Positions 1 through 13,870 are shown, counted from the stretch's first letter. The stretch is 64,000 bases of DNA from Azolla caroliniana (GCA_043228905.1 JBHGNT010000016.1:12400001-12464000); one strand, 5' to 3'. Notes: generated from the letters alone by a model not told the origin. A program made the numbers and translations.

Positions 1-430
1 GGTGAATTAGATACATCAAACTTTTAATATGCTAGATAGGGGGTGGCTCAAAATGTCATTGGTCGTGCAAACAAAAGTAGGAAAATTCTTAACAATAGAG
101 TAAACTAAAAGCAAAAGTTAATCTAAAGTAAAGTAAAATAAAGCCTAATAAAGTAAATAGAAGGAAATCTTTTCTTGAATTGCAACGGGTTTTAAGGGTT
201 CTCAAGGATATAGAGCTTGTATAGAGCGCCTAAACATGAGAAATAGAGATTGCTCAATGAGGTTTATGAAGGTATATATCAAGTGGCAATATGCGGAAAA
301 TGATGTTGGTAGAAAAGTAAGGTAAAGTGGGCTATACTTGAAATTTGTGTAGAAGGATGCACTTTTCCTCCTCCCGAAGCGATTCAACAAATGTCAGATA
401 TTGGGCCAATCAATTGAGTGGGGGTCACTA

Positions 431-1584
431 TAGCCAATACATAATTAGGGAATGGACTTTGTGAGGTTATTCAATCATCTAGGGGCCCGAACTTACGGTG
501 GATACACTAGGAATTTAAAACCATAACTTTGTGAGATGCTACGAGCACAACCATAACTTATCCTTTGGTAGTTTACATTAATTGGTAATGGAAAGAAAGG
601 AGGATTACTTTTAATATTAGGGATTAAGACAACTCTTAAAGGACAAGTATGAACTTGTTTAGGGCGATCATGATGAATAATATCAACAATGCTCGAATCT
701 AGTAGAGTATCAATGACTGTGGTTGGTTGAAGTTGTGTAGGACCTAGGATTACCTAATTTTGATTATCGAAGGCCGGATCACCAAGACTACATGCTAGAT
801 TCGAATGTCGTGATAATGCATCTTCTTTCCCTTGTTGCTTACAAAGACAAAATGTAATCGTGAAATGGAAATACGTAAAAAATTGTGCCATCGAGCTTGT
901 CGTATCTTTAGGACATGAGCATTTCGGAAATAGGTGAGGTTTTTGTGATCGTTGAATACAATTATTTGATGGGGAGAGCTTTCCAAAAAATGGACCCATT
1001 GTGCAAAGGAATCAACCATCCTTGTCATGTACCTATTTGTTGATCTTGGAAGTATCAAATTTGCACAAATGGAAGGCCACTGGGTGTCGCTGCCCAACAT
1101 CACTTTGTTGTGACAAAATGCTACCAAGTGCAAAATCTGATGCATCTGCTTTAATGATAAATGGATTTTGCGGATCGACATGAGCTAGAATAGGAGCGGA
1201 TGTAAATAGCTTCTTGAGATCCAAAAAAGCATTATCTACAACATCAATCCAAACAAATAATTGATTTTTCTTTGTTATTTGTGTGAGAGGCAAAATTAAT
1301 TTTGAGTAGTCCTATTTGAACTTGCGATAGAAATTTGCAAATCCTAGAAGACATTGCATATCTCACATAGAAAACATTGCATATCTCACATAGATTATGG
1401 AGTCTGCCACTCCAACATTGTTTGGACTTTCTTTGAATCCATAGAGATTCCTTCAAGGGAGATGATCTAGCCTAAGAATTCCACCTATTTGACGAACATG
1501 AGAATCATGCTCGTCTTGTGTTTTTGAATAAATCAATAGATCATCCAAATACATGACTAGAAAGATGTCCAAGAGATCTTGAAA
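431..1584 (-). pseudogene. pol: Outermost Ty3/Gypsy (Tcn1-like, element Z) pol fragment: RT C-terminus, RNase H, start of integrase
   Basis: ORFs 1033..1293 (FIIKADASDFALGSILSQ) and 754..999/795..1181 (DHKNLTYF, RQARW, GKEDALSR); homologous to pol of element F; many frameshifts. Confidence 0.85.
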
Positions 1585-1831
1585 TGCAATATGTTAGATG
1601 AAGGACCTACAAGGTAAGATGTGTACAACAAACAACAGAGATATGCAATAAGAAGAATAAGGAAGGTAGAAGATAGGCACAAAGTTCTCTCTTATTCTCT
1701 TCTCTATTACTCTTTTCACTTGAAGATCTTCTTTACAATGTTAGATTTGAGATTAAATACTCAAGCCCTAACTAGATAATGTGTTCACACTAAGGATACA
1801 AAGTGGGAGGAGTTGGCCTTTTATGCCAACA
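1585..1831 (-). repeat. 3' LTR of Copia A
   Basis: Direct repeat of 4483-4762; adjoined by aactccccc (PPT on the minus strand). Confidence 0.85.
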
Positions 1832-2109
1832 AACTCCCCCGTAAAAGGGCTAGTCTTTCCTATGTATACAAATATTTTGGGGTTATCTCCCCCGTGAACC
1901 TAGATTACAAATCTAATCTATAGTAGCAAGTATACATACAAGACTGTTGACATTCGATCGAACCAGTAGAGTTAAGGTTGGTGTCTAGCCTAATTCGGTT
2001 GATCTTTTAGATTGTGTGTTATCCAAGCTGGCATGTCTGAGTCGTTCGGATCAATTTACCTTTGAGTCGACTCATTTGCTCGAATCGACTCATGTCTAAT
2101 TCTGACTCT

Positions 2110-4346
2110 CGGTCTTGTTTGTATGTATTGACTCCATCTCGGATCTCATGGCTTTTAGCCATGTGTTGGTGTTTGGCACGACTATAGCTTCCTCGTAGGA
2201 GCTTGGTTTGCCTGCATCCGTGTAGTTGACATAGTTGAGGCTCGATTGATAAAACTTTGTTGGCCTTCCTACTTGTCCGGATCTCCTAGGTGTCGTGATC
2301 TTTGGTTCGGATCCTTCGATCATCTCTATTGGCTGATCGACATTTCTTGAACCATCTTCAGGAGTCCTATGGGATGACTTGCCCCTTAAATAGGATTTCG
2401 GCGATATCGAATCATCCTCCCTTTCTTCGGGATCGATTGACTGAGTGGTTGGTGCCTTGGATCGTTCTGTTGACGATTCAACTCTGTCCTGTTTGGTTCT
2501 TGTCAATCTTGTAGTCGAATTGATTTCAACTAGTGGACCTCTTACCGATTCAAATTTGGCAGGGGGTCTCTGGCTTGGTCGATTTCGATTATTTATCAAA
2601 TTTTAGATTCAGCCTAGTGGGTTGGTCCTTCTACGATATTTTTGCCGATGTTGAAAGAGACCTTTTTGTTGACCCTTCTCGGTTGGTTTCGTTCAGAGAG
2701 AATCGAGTCTTCATTGAAGACTACGTCATTACTCCAAATCAATTTCCGGTTTTCTAGATCCCATAGCTGATAGCCGAAATCCCCGTCAGTTCCATAACTA
2801 AGAAATATACACTTAAGTGCATGGGGTGCCAACTTGGTCCTTTTCTCCCCGATGATGAAGACGTAGGCTTCGCATCTGAATATACGGAGCCTGTCATAGG
2901 TCGGCTGTTTGGCTGACCATAATGCCTGTGGCACTTCAAGCTGTATTGCTGTCGACGACGACAGATTGATGAGGTAGACTGCTTCAGCCCAAAATTCCAG
3001 CTTCAGTTTGGATTGTTGGAGCATTGTGGTCACTCTCTCTTGGATGGTTCGGTTCATCCATTTTGCCACGCCATTCTGCATGGGGTTATAGGGAATGGTC
3101 TTTTGGTGCCAGATTCCTTTGTCAAACAGATATTGCTTGAAGGCTCGGGCGGTATATTCACCTCTGTTGTCGGATCAGAGTGTCTTCACTCGGTGTTCTG
3201 ATTGGTTCTCCACTTTCGCTAACCATTGCGAGAAGACCTCGAGCGCTTCATCTTTTGACCTAATCAAGTAGGCCCAGTCCATCTGTGTATAGTCATCTAC
3301 GAATGTGATGAAGTACCGAGAGCCTCTTAGTGACCTTTTGGACATCGGCCCTAGTTCTAGGGGCTTTTGTACCATCTCGTAGTGGGGAGAGTGTGGACTT
3401 CGGGTCTGTTTCCTATAACCTCAATGTTTGCAGAAGTTCGTCTTCGACTAGAGCTTTAGGATGTAATCGATCGCCATTAGTCGGTCCAATTTGATTGGAG
3501 ACATATGGCCGAGTTAGCCATGCCATAGGTTTGAGTTAGTCGATTCGGCTACGTTCACCGTGCCCTCTGGATTGATCACAATTAATGGATATAGGTTGTT
3601 GTACTTGCATCCATTCCCGATTTTCATGTTTCCTCGGCTGATCATCCATGACAACTCATTGGGAGTTGTTCGGTACCCGTCTTTGGCTAACATGCCGATG
3701 GAGACTAGACTCTTTTTGAGCTTGGGTACATGCTAGACATGGTGTAGGATGATAGTATTGCCGTTCAACAATCCAATTGGTACTTCGCTGATTCCAACGA
3801 TTTTGCATTCTTGCCCATTGCTAAGTCGGATAGTACCATCGGCTCCGGCTGAATAGTTCGAAAAACATTCGATATTTGGGGCCACGTGAAATGTGGCACC
3901 AGAGTCTAGTAGCCACGTTCGTGTGTTTTGTGCACAGTAGAGGATTTCTCCGATCATCGAGTCCTCTAGAGAGAGAATTTCTCTTGATCGGGAGTCAACA
4001 ACATTGATTTGGTTTCTGACTGGAGAAGGGTTCGAGTTGGTACATCTTGAATTTTGCTCGAATCGTCAACCTCTCTCGTTTCGTTTAATAGACCAACAGT
4101 TAGAAACATTGCGACCAATTTTTTTGTAGTGGATGTAGAAATCACTTGGTTCACTTGCGACCAGGTGCATTTGAATGGTCGATCTAGCTATTTCATCCAT
4201 AGATCGCCATTCTTCTGCAAACATTGAAGCCGGCTTGGTGTTATGCTAAATGGCTTCAATCTGTCGTTGGATGATGAGGACATCCTACATCATTTCCTTC
4301 CAGAGGGAGAAGTTCTTCCCGTCGAACTTCTGGATTTCCACACTCA
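2110..4346 (-). pseudogene. pol: Copia A gag start, protease and integrase remnant
   Basis: MSVEIQKFDGKNFSLWK near 4346; ORFs 3733..3957, 3175..3375, 2614..3081, 2096..2599; coding ends at WLKAMRSEMESIHTNKT just as RT would begin. Confidence 0.85.
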
Positions 4347-4482
4347 TGCCGGACTGTGCCGCCATTCTTTTACTGGAAGTAGATGTGGTTGACATTGTCT
4401 TTTTCTCTCAGATGGATGACTTCTCTTCTTAGCTTTTCTGCTATTCGTCGTCACTAGACAACAAGGTCGTTCTGATACCACT

Positions 4483-4762
4483 TGTTGCAATATGTTAGAT
4501 GAAGAGTATGATAAGGACCTGCAAGGTAAGATGTGTACAACAAACAAATCATATATGCAATAAGAAGAAGAAGGAAGGTAGAAGATAGACATGTCAGATT
4601 AAGCTTCAATGGAAGTTCTCTCTTATTCTCTTCGTTGTAACTCTTTTCACTCCAAGACCTTCTTTACAATGTTAGATTTGAGCTTATATACTCAAGCCCT
4701 AACTAGATAATGTGTTCACACTAAGGATACACAATGGAAGGTGTCAGCCTTTTATGCCAACA
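4483..4762 (-). repeat. 5' LTR of Copia A with adjacent PBS
   Basis: TG...CA ends; tctgatacca at 4471-4480 is TGGTATCAGA on the minus strand (initiator Met tRNA PBS). Confidence 0.9.
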
Positions 4763-5309
4763 AAAAATGTGTGGTGAAAAACTATTGGTGCATTCATGAA
4801 ACCAAATGACATAACTATATACTTGAAATGCCCACATTAGGTGTAGAAAGTTGTCTTCAACTCGTCTTCCGACTGGATCCGTACAAGGTTCTCTGCACCT
4901 TCTAAACAATCTTTTGAAAATATTTTGCCCCATTAATTGGTTCTCAAAGACTAGAGATCAACGGGAGCACATACCTATTCCTAATAGTAACTTTATTCAA
5001 ACCCTGATAATCTTTTTGAGTGTCCAATGAATCCATTTGCTAAAATCTCCGCAATGTATGCTCGAAGAACCTAAAGCTTGGTTGGTGACAAATTGTAGAT
5101 CGGTCCCCATGGTGGTTCTTTTCGTAGTTGTAAATCAATGGGACAATCATATGGTCGATGCTCTGGAAGTGTATTAGCTTTTACCTTATAAAAAACATTA
5201 ACATAATCTTGATATTTCTCTAGAAGGTTAATTTCTGAGTTTCCCTCTGAGATATCAGAAGGCTTCACTGATACCGCAAATAAAAATATTCCTTTCTTTC
5301 ATCCTTCAT
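4763..5309 (-). pseudogene. pol: Element Z RT N-terminal fragment
   Basis: ORF 5071..5268 (LPEHRPYDCPIDLQ...PPWGPIYNLSP) matches 42692..43132 of F; continues the sequence broken at 1584. Confidence 0.88.
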
Positions 5310-5663
5310 TCTAAAGAATCGGTGATGATTCTCTGCAACGGAAGAACTGTGTGTGTGTGTGTGTGTGGAGAGAGAGAACTCAAGGTTACAGAAAAACAGA
5401 AAATTGTATTGCAAGGAAAACAAGAATAACCAACGTTACAAAAGAGAAGGAGAAGGTGCTTATGTAGTCACCTTCTCTCTAAGTTCTCTTACTCGTACCA
5501 CCTCTTGGCAAAGAGGTCGTGCCTTAACTACTTAAATAATATGTGTCACAAGACATTAACTTCTATGACACACTAGTTACTATACAAGGAGGTGGGGTGT
5601 TCACATACTTGAGTATCCTAGAGTGTGTTCTCACTCACGGGACGTTGAGTTTGATTCTCAACA
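5310..5663 (-). repeat. 3' LTR of Copia B
   Basis: Direct repeat of 36320-36692, including the (TG)n(AG)n microsatellite. Confidence 0.9.
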
Positions 5664-5817
5664 CATGCCTTCAAACACAACTTTGCCGAAAAGTTGGTTC
5701 GTTTCGGTCTTTGAGATTTTGCGATTTGGCTGAATCAACTTTGGCTTAACCAACTTCCGATCGTTGGATGGTTGGTTCGGACCAGTCTTCTAGACTCCTG
5801 ATCTTCTTGCTCCCCCT

Positions 5818-7583
5818 TAAGCTCGGTTGGTTGATGGTCAAATGACCCAGGTTCGTCGTGAATTGCCACAACTTGTCTACTCCAAGGGCCTTGGTGAAGA
5901 TACCGACTGTCTGTAGGTTTGTGCTGATGTGTTGCAAGTCAACATCTCTGGCCAAGACATGTTCTTGGATGAAATGGTCCAAGCATGGAGGACTGGGTTC
6001 CAAGTGAGGTGAATAATGCTCATGTTGTCGCAATAGAGGAGAATTGGATCCTTGATTGGAATGCCCAGATCCTTCAAGATTCTTTGGAGCCAAATGGTTT
6101 CACATGCGGCGACGACTGCGCCCCTGTATTCGGCTTCGGTGCTTGACAATGCGATTGTCAGCTGTTTCTTACTACTTCACGATATGGCACCGCTGCTGAG
6201 AGAGAAAACAAATATGGATGTCAATCATCGGTTGGCTCTGTAGCCAGCCCGGTCGGCATTGGTATAACCTTCGAGTTGTATTGGTGTGGCCAGTTTGTAA
6301 AGGATGCCAAAATCCATGGTTCCACTCACATACCTTAGCATTCCCTTATCACAGTCGAGATGGATGTCTCGTAGAGTTTGCATGAACTGGGTAACTTAGG
6401 TCGGGTTGGGTAATTGTGAGGTAGACGAGGCTCCCGACTACCTGTTGATAGAGCATCGGCTCACACTCTCTTGTGCCGGAGTCGACATCTAGCTTTAGGT
6501 TGCGATCGAGAGGGGTAGTGATGGGCTTACATTGTGTCATCCCAAACTTGTAAAGAAGATTGAGGATATAGTGCTTTTGAGAAAGCATGATGCCGTCTGG
6601 AGTCCGAATCACTTCTATTCCTAGAAAGTAATGGAGCTCCTTCATATCGGTCATTTCAAATCGGATGCAGAGGATCTTCTTGATGTGCTCAATGTCTGCT
6701 AAATGTTCTCCTCCTATGACTAGGTCGTCCCCATAAATGATGATAAATACCTGATCTTTAGAGTCGTACCGGATGAATAGAGAGTTGTCGGACTTGGATA
6801 TGTTGAAGCCAATTTAATGAAGATATTGCATTATCTTCGAATGCCATGCTCTCGGTGCTTGCGTGAGACTGTAGAGAGGCTTTTTGTGTCGGTAGACAAC
6901 AGTTGGATGCGTAATCGACCCGAATCTAGGCGGTTGTATCATGTACACCTCCTCTTCTAACTCGCCTTAGAGAAAGGCATTCTTTACGTCCATTTGGTGG
7001 AGGTGCCACCTTTTTGCTGCTGCAAGCATGATCATGGTTTGAATTGTAGTCATCTTTTCGACAGGGGCAAAGGTCTCTTCATAGTCGACACCGTGAGTTT
7101 GTGCGTAGCCCTTCGCCACAAGCCGGGCCTTGTACCGATTGACAATGCCGTCAGCATTGTGCTTCACTTTGAAGATCCACCGGCATCCAATTTCCTTTTG
7201 GCGGTTTGAAGAAGGGACGAGACCCCATGTGTCATTCTTGGAGAGTTCTTGCACCTCCTCATTCATTGCTTCAACCCATCTAGGGTCCTTCGCAGCTTCG
7301 GAAAAGGTTTCCGGTTCTCGGATTATCGCCCCCTTCATCATGTATGCATAATGATATGCCATGTAGTCATTGTAGCCGAATCGGCTGACTACTTACTTTT
7401 CTCGGGTGGAGTGATGTGGTTCTCATGGTGTCCTCATGATGGGCATATCTAGTCCACCATACTCACTATCGGGTGAGTGAATCGATTCATTTCCATCTAA
7501 GTCTTCGTACTCAGGCATTTTGGCCTTTCCTTTGTCTTGTTTCAGACTCGGCCGCGACGTGCTTTGGTCTCTTGGAGGCTCTT
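5818..7583 (-). pseudogene. pol: Copia B reverse transcriptase and RNase H
   Basis: RYKARLVAKGYAQ, QMDVKNAFL, YFLGIEV, SSTEAEYRG, YCDNMS in ORFs 6967..7362, 6349..6654, 5877..6149. Confidence 0.9.
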
Positions 7584-7920
7584 TGTTGTCACCGGCTGGA
7601 CAAGCCACTAACACAGGGTGTCCCTTTGGAACACTTCACCAAAGGGGTGGTACGGTAAGGAATGTGCAGACCGTGATAGAGAACTGATCCTTCCCGGTTA
7701 CCATCTGGAATGATTAACTTGATACACACGTATGATAATCACGTTAAGCACAGAATGGTATTAACAAGATAAACAATATGTAAAGACACAACACTTCTCT
7801 ATTAATTATCCGTTGCTCCTTACATCGTCTCCGGATCCTTTTATAGGTATCCGGGTGGGTTACAAACCGGTGCCAACCGGCAACCGGCTACGAACCGGTT
7901 CAAATCCGGATCAGCATACC
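7584..7920 (-). repeat. 3' LTR of C, lacking ~100 bp of U3 and the PPT
   Basis: Matches 13911-~14246, then joins the extra ORF directly. Confidence 0.88.
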
Positions 7921-9310
7921 GGTGTGTTATCTGTCTGTTTAGTCACTGATGCCACCGGTTTTGGTCCTATCGGCCCCGGACTGATCTGTCTGGCCGTGTT
8001 TGCTTTGGCCTTCTCAACTTCTTCCTCCATGCTACGGATCCTTGATTGGGACTTCTCGAGTTCTTTGGTTGTGGCGAACAACCGATCCCATTGTGTTCTC
8101 GCTTCCGCTTCAATTTGGCTTACAACCTCGACCACCTGCTCTCGGATCCATCGCAGCCATTGACTTCCGGTGCCTTTTTGCCTTGCCGGTTCTAGTTGCA
8201 GTGTTGGCTCTGCTCTTGCCACAAACCCTTGTTGTAATGTTTTCTCCCACGAAAACTCCTTCTCTTGCCGTGCATGTCGACTCGGTGAGATTAGTGCTTT
8301 TGTTACCATCACTGGCTGAACATGCTCCGTTTCCTTCCTTGGCTCTAGTCCCTTGGAGTGGGGTGTCGGTGTGATGTCCTTTACCAGACCCGCTTTGTCC
8401 CTTTTCTGCTCCACATCGCTTCTCTTCTGGCGACGTAGGAGAGTTTCGGCGGGTTCTTCCTCCGCCTCCTCCTCTTGGGTTCCCATGTTTATCCCTTGAG
8501 CCAAGTTAGGCGGCTCTTACTCTTACTCATGCAATTTGATTTTAAGAGGCCCAACCGGTTGCTCTACCATTGCCTCTGTCTCCGCCTGCCGCTGCTCCTT
8601 TTCTTTCTGTGATGAACCTCCCTCTATCCAATCGGGAGTGTGCTTGGCCAGGAGTTGCTGCCGCTTCGAGGGCTTGTTTGGCATCGTATCGGCCGTTCAG
8701 CCCCGCGCCTTTGCCTTTAATGTTAGCACTAGCAGTACCAGGAGAGTGAGCCATTGAGCTACTGCTGTCCACACTTTCTTGCCATCTACCACCGATTGTA
8801 TGGCCGCTTGCAAACAATCAACGATGATTACCGGCCAATCCACTTTTACCCCTTCGTATGTGGTGATGATGAATCCGGCCTTGTTCTTTGGCATTGCCGG
8901 GGGTCGAGGGTGCACAAACCCATACTTGTGGAGCACGCGAGCTACTTCTCGGAACAAGACGTTGTCACCGCCCTGTGTCCGGTATGTTTTGTTGGCCAGG
9001 GAGTACTCCCCAAAGAACTTCATTAGTGTCTCTGGGGAAGGATGCTCAATGGAGTAGATTCCTCCCTCCAGCAATCTGATTAAGGCGTGGATGGCCTCCT
9101 CCGTGATTACTTCTAGGTTGATCTTCTGCGCGACCTTTTCCGCTCCTTCGCGCAGAGGTGCCTCTGCTATCTATAGGAAGCCCTCCAAGCCATGTTGAGT
9201 GAACCACTTCTTGGTAGTCTCGGAAAGCGCCATGGGCTCCAGTGTGTCCTCTGTTTCGGTGGTGGTGAGGAGCTTTGGTGTGCCTGTGGTAACTTCTGGC
9301 GTTCGCCTAA
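7911..9310 (-). pseudogene. Extra ORF of element C: conserved N-terminal domain plus coiled-coil tail, function unknown
   Basis: ORFs 8697..9074 (FFGEYS...FREVARVL...NKAGFIITTYEGVKVDW) and 7911..8504, between integrase and the 3' LTR; homologue at 38420-38830. Confidence 0.7.
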
Positions 9311-9699
9311 TCACCTATATCCGCCTCTGTGTGCTAAGTGCTCTGTGTTCGTGAAATGAGAGAGACTCTATTATGCGGAGGTTTTGTGTTCCCATCCTTG
9401 CCGCCTTTTCTTGATTCCCGTGCATGCACGTCGTGTGTTTTTAATAGTAGCTGTGTGACGCGTGGTGGGCTTTAAATGACAGACCTCACACCGTTTCGAG
9501 GTGTCTGTTCATTTTTTAATGACCTTCAATTTATTTATTATTTATTATTTATTATTATTTATTTTTCTTTCTTTCTTTGCATGCATGATGGCTTTTCTTC
9601 ATGTCTTTACTCCTCGCCCCTACATGATGGTTTTTTTTTTTTCGACATGTGGTATTCTAATCCCTTGTTTCCGGCAACACCGGATCCGTTGTATGTTCC

Positions 9700-12600
9700 T
9701 CCTCTTGGTTACCAGCTATCCTCTTGCCGTTCCCGATGTCTGCTTCGGCATCCGGTTGTTTGAATGGGTTTCGTGGCATTGGTCCGTAATACGGTTTTAG
9801 TTAGAAACCGTTTACCCATTTTTCCACGACTTCGCCGGCCAATGTTCCTAGTTGATACTGTAAGCCTTTAAACTCTTGTGTTATCCAGTACGGTCCGGTC
9901 CACCAGAACCATAGCTTTCCCGGCATTTTGCCCATCCGGGTCTGAAATATTAACACCGGCTTGCCGATTCCGAACATTTTCTCGTTTCCTTTCTGGTACC
10001 GGTTGACAAATGCTTTCCGTTGTCGTTGCTCGAGTTCCAACTGCAGAATTCTAGCTATCCGATGTTCTTCTAATTCGCACAATGTCGCTAGTCTTTTTTT
10101 TTCCGATTCCTTCTCACTTAACCTTTCCCGTACTTGAATCCGCAAACTCGGAATTTGAAACTCTATCGGCATGACCGCTTCTAATCCGAAAGCTAACCGG
10201 AATGGTGTTGTCTGGATACTTGTTTTGTACGCGGTTCGGTAAGCCCATAGCGCACTCTGTAGCTTCGTATCCTAGTAGGTGCGGTTTTCATTGACTATTT
10301 TTTGGAGGATGTTCAACAAGGTTTTGTTGGTGGATTCGGCCAATCCATTGGCTTGCAGATAATAAGGTGTACTCCGCTTGTGTACTACCGCATAAAACGC
10401 CATCAAGCTCTCTAGTACTTGACCGAGGAAATGTCCTCCTTGATCACTGATCAGTTCTATCGGGCATCCATACCGGCACCAAATGTACTCGTATAGGAAC
10501 TTGGCCGTTGAGGCTGCGGTATTATCCCAAAGTGCCATTGCTTCCACCCATTTGGTGCAGTAGTCTGTTGCTACAATGATATACTAGTTCCTGGTCCGCA
10601 TTGCCAGAGGTTTGAAAGGTCTAACGAAGTCCAATCCCCATTTTTTCAATGGCTCCAGTGGTAACACCGACTGGTGTGGCATCCTTGCTTGTTGTGTTGG
10701 TTGGCCCATCCGTTGACATAAGTCGCATTCCTTTGCATACCAAATTGAGTCCTTTTGTGTTGTAGGCCACCACAATCCGCTTCGCCATATCTTCTTTGCC
10801 ATTGCTTCTCCAGCATAATGTCCTCCAACGACTCCACAGTGAGCTTGCCGTAAAATTGTCTCCTTTTCGTCGCTCCGAACTGCTCTTCGCCATCTACCGT
10901 CCGCTCCCTAGTGGTACAATGTATCCTGCAGCAAACAAAAAATGTCGGCTTTGTACCGCCAACTGCTTCCGTTCGTCCCGGTTTAGTTCTTCCGGGGTCA
11001 ATCCGGTACTTAGGAACTGGTGCATATTCGTCAGCCATTTGTCCTCCTCGGCCACCGTCCCATCCATTGTATTCTCCGTTGTTACCCTAAATAGCTGCGC
11101 ATCTGGAAAGGTCGTGTTTGACGTCGTCGCCCGCCCGGATTCTAATCGGCTCTAGTAATCCACGACCGCATGTTGTACTCCCGGTCTGTGGTAAATCTCG
11201 AATTCGAACTCCTGTAGAAGCAGTGTCCATCGTGCTAGTTTCCCGGTTAGAGATGCCTTGGAGATCAAGTACATTAATGCCAAATGATCCACTTGTAATG
11301 AGAATTTCCATCCCTGCAAGTAGTGATGGAACTTCGTTACGTTGTATATCATTCCCAAGGCTTCCCTTTCTGTTGTTGAATAATTCCGTTTCGCCTAGGA
11401 GAGCTTTCGATTGACGTAGTAAACCGGCTGGTACCACTTTGGTTCGGTGAGCTGCATAAGAATGCTCCCGATCGCAATATCAGACGCGTCCACGAACACA
11501 TGAAATTCCTTTGACCAATCCAAGGGTTGTACGACCGGTGCCTGGGATAACATTATTTTGAGCGCATGGTAATGCCTTATCCTCCGGTTCTGTCCATTAG
11601 AAAGGTGTCCGGTGTACAACTGCGTGTAGTGGTGTCGCAAGATCGGCCAAGTATCGGAGCATCTGGCTATGCCACCGGATTTGCCCTAAAAGCCGGCTCA
11701 GAGCTTTGGCGATTATTGGTGCCAGTGCTTCCAAAATGGCTTTAACTTTATCCGGGTCCATTGCAATTCCGTCCTTACTCACAATATGGCCTAGTAGCGT
11801 GCTGTTGGTTACCCCAAATACACATTTCGCCGGGTTCAGACTTAGCCGGTAACCTCTGTATTTCTCCAAGCATAACCAGAGATGGTCAAGATGTTCTCTT
11901 GTCCTGCTGTACACAAAGCCATCCAAGAACACCTGCATAAACGTTGAGATAAATTCCCCGAAAATTTCCATGATGATTCGTTGGAATGTTGCCGGTGCCA
12001 TCTTTAGTTCGAACATCGACCACTACAAAGACTCCACATTCGGTGACAAACACTATTTTCTCCTGATCACCCGAGTGCATCCTGATTTGGTTATACCCGC
12101 TGAATCCGTCAAGGAAGCTATACACCTTGTGGCCTGCTACCACATCCAAGACTCCATCCGTGAATGGGAGCGGGAATGCATCAGTGATAGTGGCAACATT
12201 CAATTTCCGGTAATCCACATAGACCCGGATCTTTCTGTTTTTCTTCGGTACCACCACGATCGGGCTTAGCCAGGTGACTTTCTTCACTGGCCGGATGAAC
12301 ACAACTCGAAGCAACTTGTTGATCTCCTCTTTTACTTTAGTCGCGTAATTCAGATTCATCAAGTAACATCTCTACGCTACCGGTTTCGCATCCTTGCTTA
12401 AATGAATCTGGTATTGATATAATTGCGGGTCAAGTTCCTGCATGTCTTCATATCACCACACAAATACGTCCCGGAATTCTTTCAATAATGTGACCATTGC
12501 CGATATCTCCCCTGGTGGCATTTCTTTGGCCACCTACACCGGTCTTGCTTCTTCGTTGGTTCCCAAAATTCACTTCTTCCAATTGTGATGCTTTCACCCA

Positions 12601-13870
12601 TTGTGATACTGCCATCTCCCGCTCTAGGGCCTCTTGTTCTTGTCGCAGTTCCCAGATCGCGTCCCTATCCGGCTCCTCACTGGCATCCTCCGGTTGCCCA
12701 ATATACGGGGAGACCGCCTCTGCTACGTCCACTTCGAACAGAGGGACTATCCTTGGGTTTTCATCAAGGTAGCGCTCTACCTGCTCATCAGCGAGCCCTT
12801 CCAACATATTCACGCTTTCGGCATATAACGGTGTTACTTCCTTGCCTGGGCCTGCTTGAGGGTGTGTGGGTACTCTTACCTTAGTTTTCCCCCTTCGGAA
12901 CATAATGTTGTTCTTTTGCCAGTTCTGTTTGATGTGGGTGGTCCATAACCATGGTCATCCCAACAATAGTGGGTATGCTCCCTGCACATTCAACTGGAGG
13001 ACGATGGTAGAAATCCGGAAGGCGTGGCATCTGATTGTTACCTCCAAATCCCGGATCAATCCGGCCGATCGTACTGAGCTGGTGTCTGCCATCCGGAGCC
13101 AGAACGGACATGGTTCCCATTCTTGGATTCCAAGACTGTTGCATGTTTGGAGGCTTATTACGTTTACTCCCGATCCGCCATCGACAATCGTCCCCAGCAC
13201 TTCCCATCCTTTGATAATGGTGGTGATTGCGGGACTGCTGGTATCGACCACTGTCGGCCCTTCCTACAGATTTGAAAAGAACGCCGGAGCCAGTGTGGGG
13301 TTTGGTGGGGCCCATGCTGATTTTAAACCATCGGTGAATCGGGGCACCAATTGTAGTAACCGACCCAACGTCAGCATGATCTAGCATTCCTGTAATGCCT
13401 GCCATGTGGGGTTCTCTTGCTGTGTTGTCTCAGTAGGTTCCTCCAATGTGTTCCTTTGCTCCTTCAGTTCGGTGACATTCCGTTCATTTGGCCTTTCGAT
13501 CCATTCCGTTGCTTGTTTGCGGATAGTTTCTTGGGCCTCCCATTCAGCCAGCTTTCCCTTTGATCTAGTGGTGACTTGTTGCGCCACTTCCGTGACCACC
13601 ATGTTGACCTCCGGTCGTTTTTGTTACTCTTTACCGGACATTGGTTGCTGTAGTGTCCCTCCTGGCTACAATAGTAGCAATAAGCCTTCCGTGTATTGCT
13701 AGTCTCTACTTTTTGCATGTTACTCGATTGAAATCGGAGTGACTCCTTCGCGACCCGCCGAATCACTCTGGAAAAAGACCGATCCGACCAGATCTCCTCC
13801 GCCTCCTGTTGGTAAGCCTCCCACTTCCACAGTCTCTCGATGAGTCTTCTTGCTTGCTCGGCCATTGGGT
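9700..13870 (-). pseudogene. gag-pol: Element C short gag (CCHC knuckle) and pol
   Basis: CYYCSQEGHYSNQC; protease IVDGGSGVNVI; RT WLSPIVVVPKK and FLDGFSGYNQI; RNase H VFVDASDIAIG; integrase WGLDFV, LISDQGGHF, WTGPY. Confidence 0.9.

Larger units (their letters stand above)
1585..4762 (-). mobile_element. Ty1/Copia LTR retrotransposon A, internally deleted (no RT/RNase H)
   Basis: LTR pair ~1585-1831 and 4483-4762 (TGTTG...CAACA); Met-type PBS at 4469-4480; PPT at 1832-1840; protease WLLDSGATFHV and integrase YFITFVDD / NGVAKWMNRTI; sits inside the RT of Z. TSD not cleanly resolved. Confidence 0.88.

Noticed and set aside
1-430. Possible LTR fragment at the window start
   Set aside because: No second copy or defined terminus within the window.
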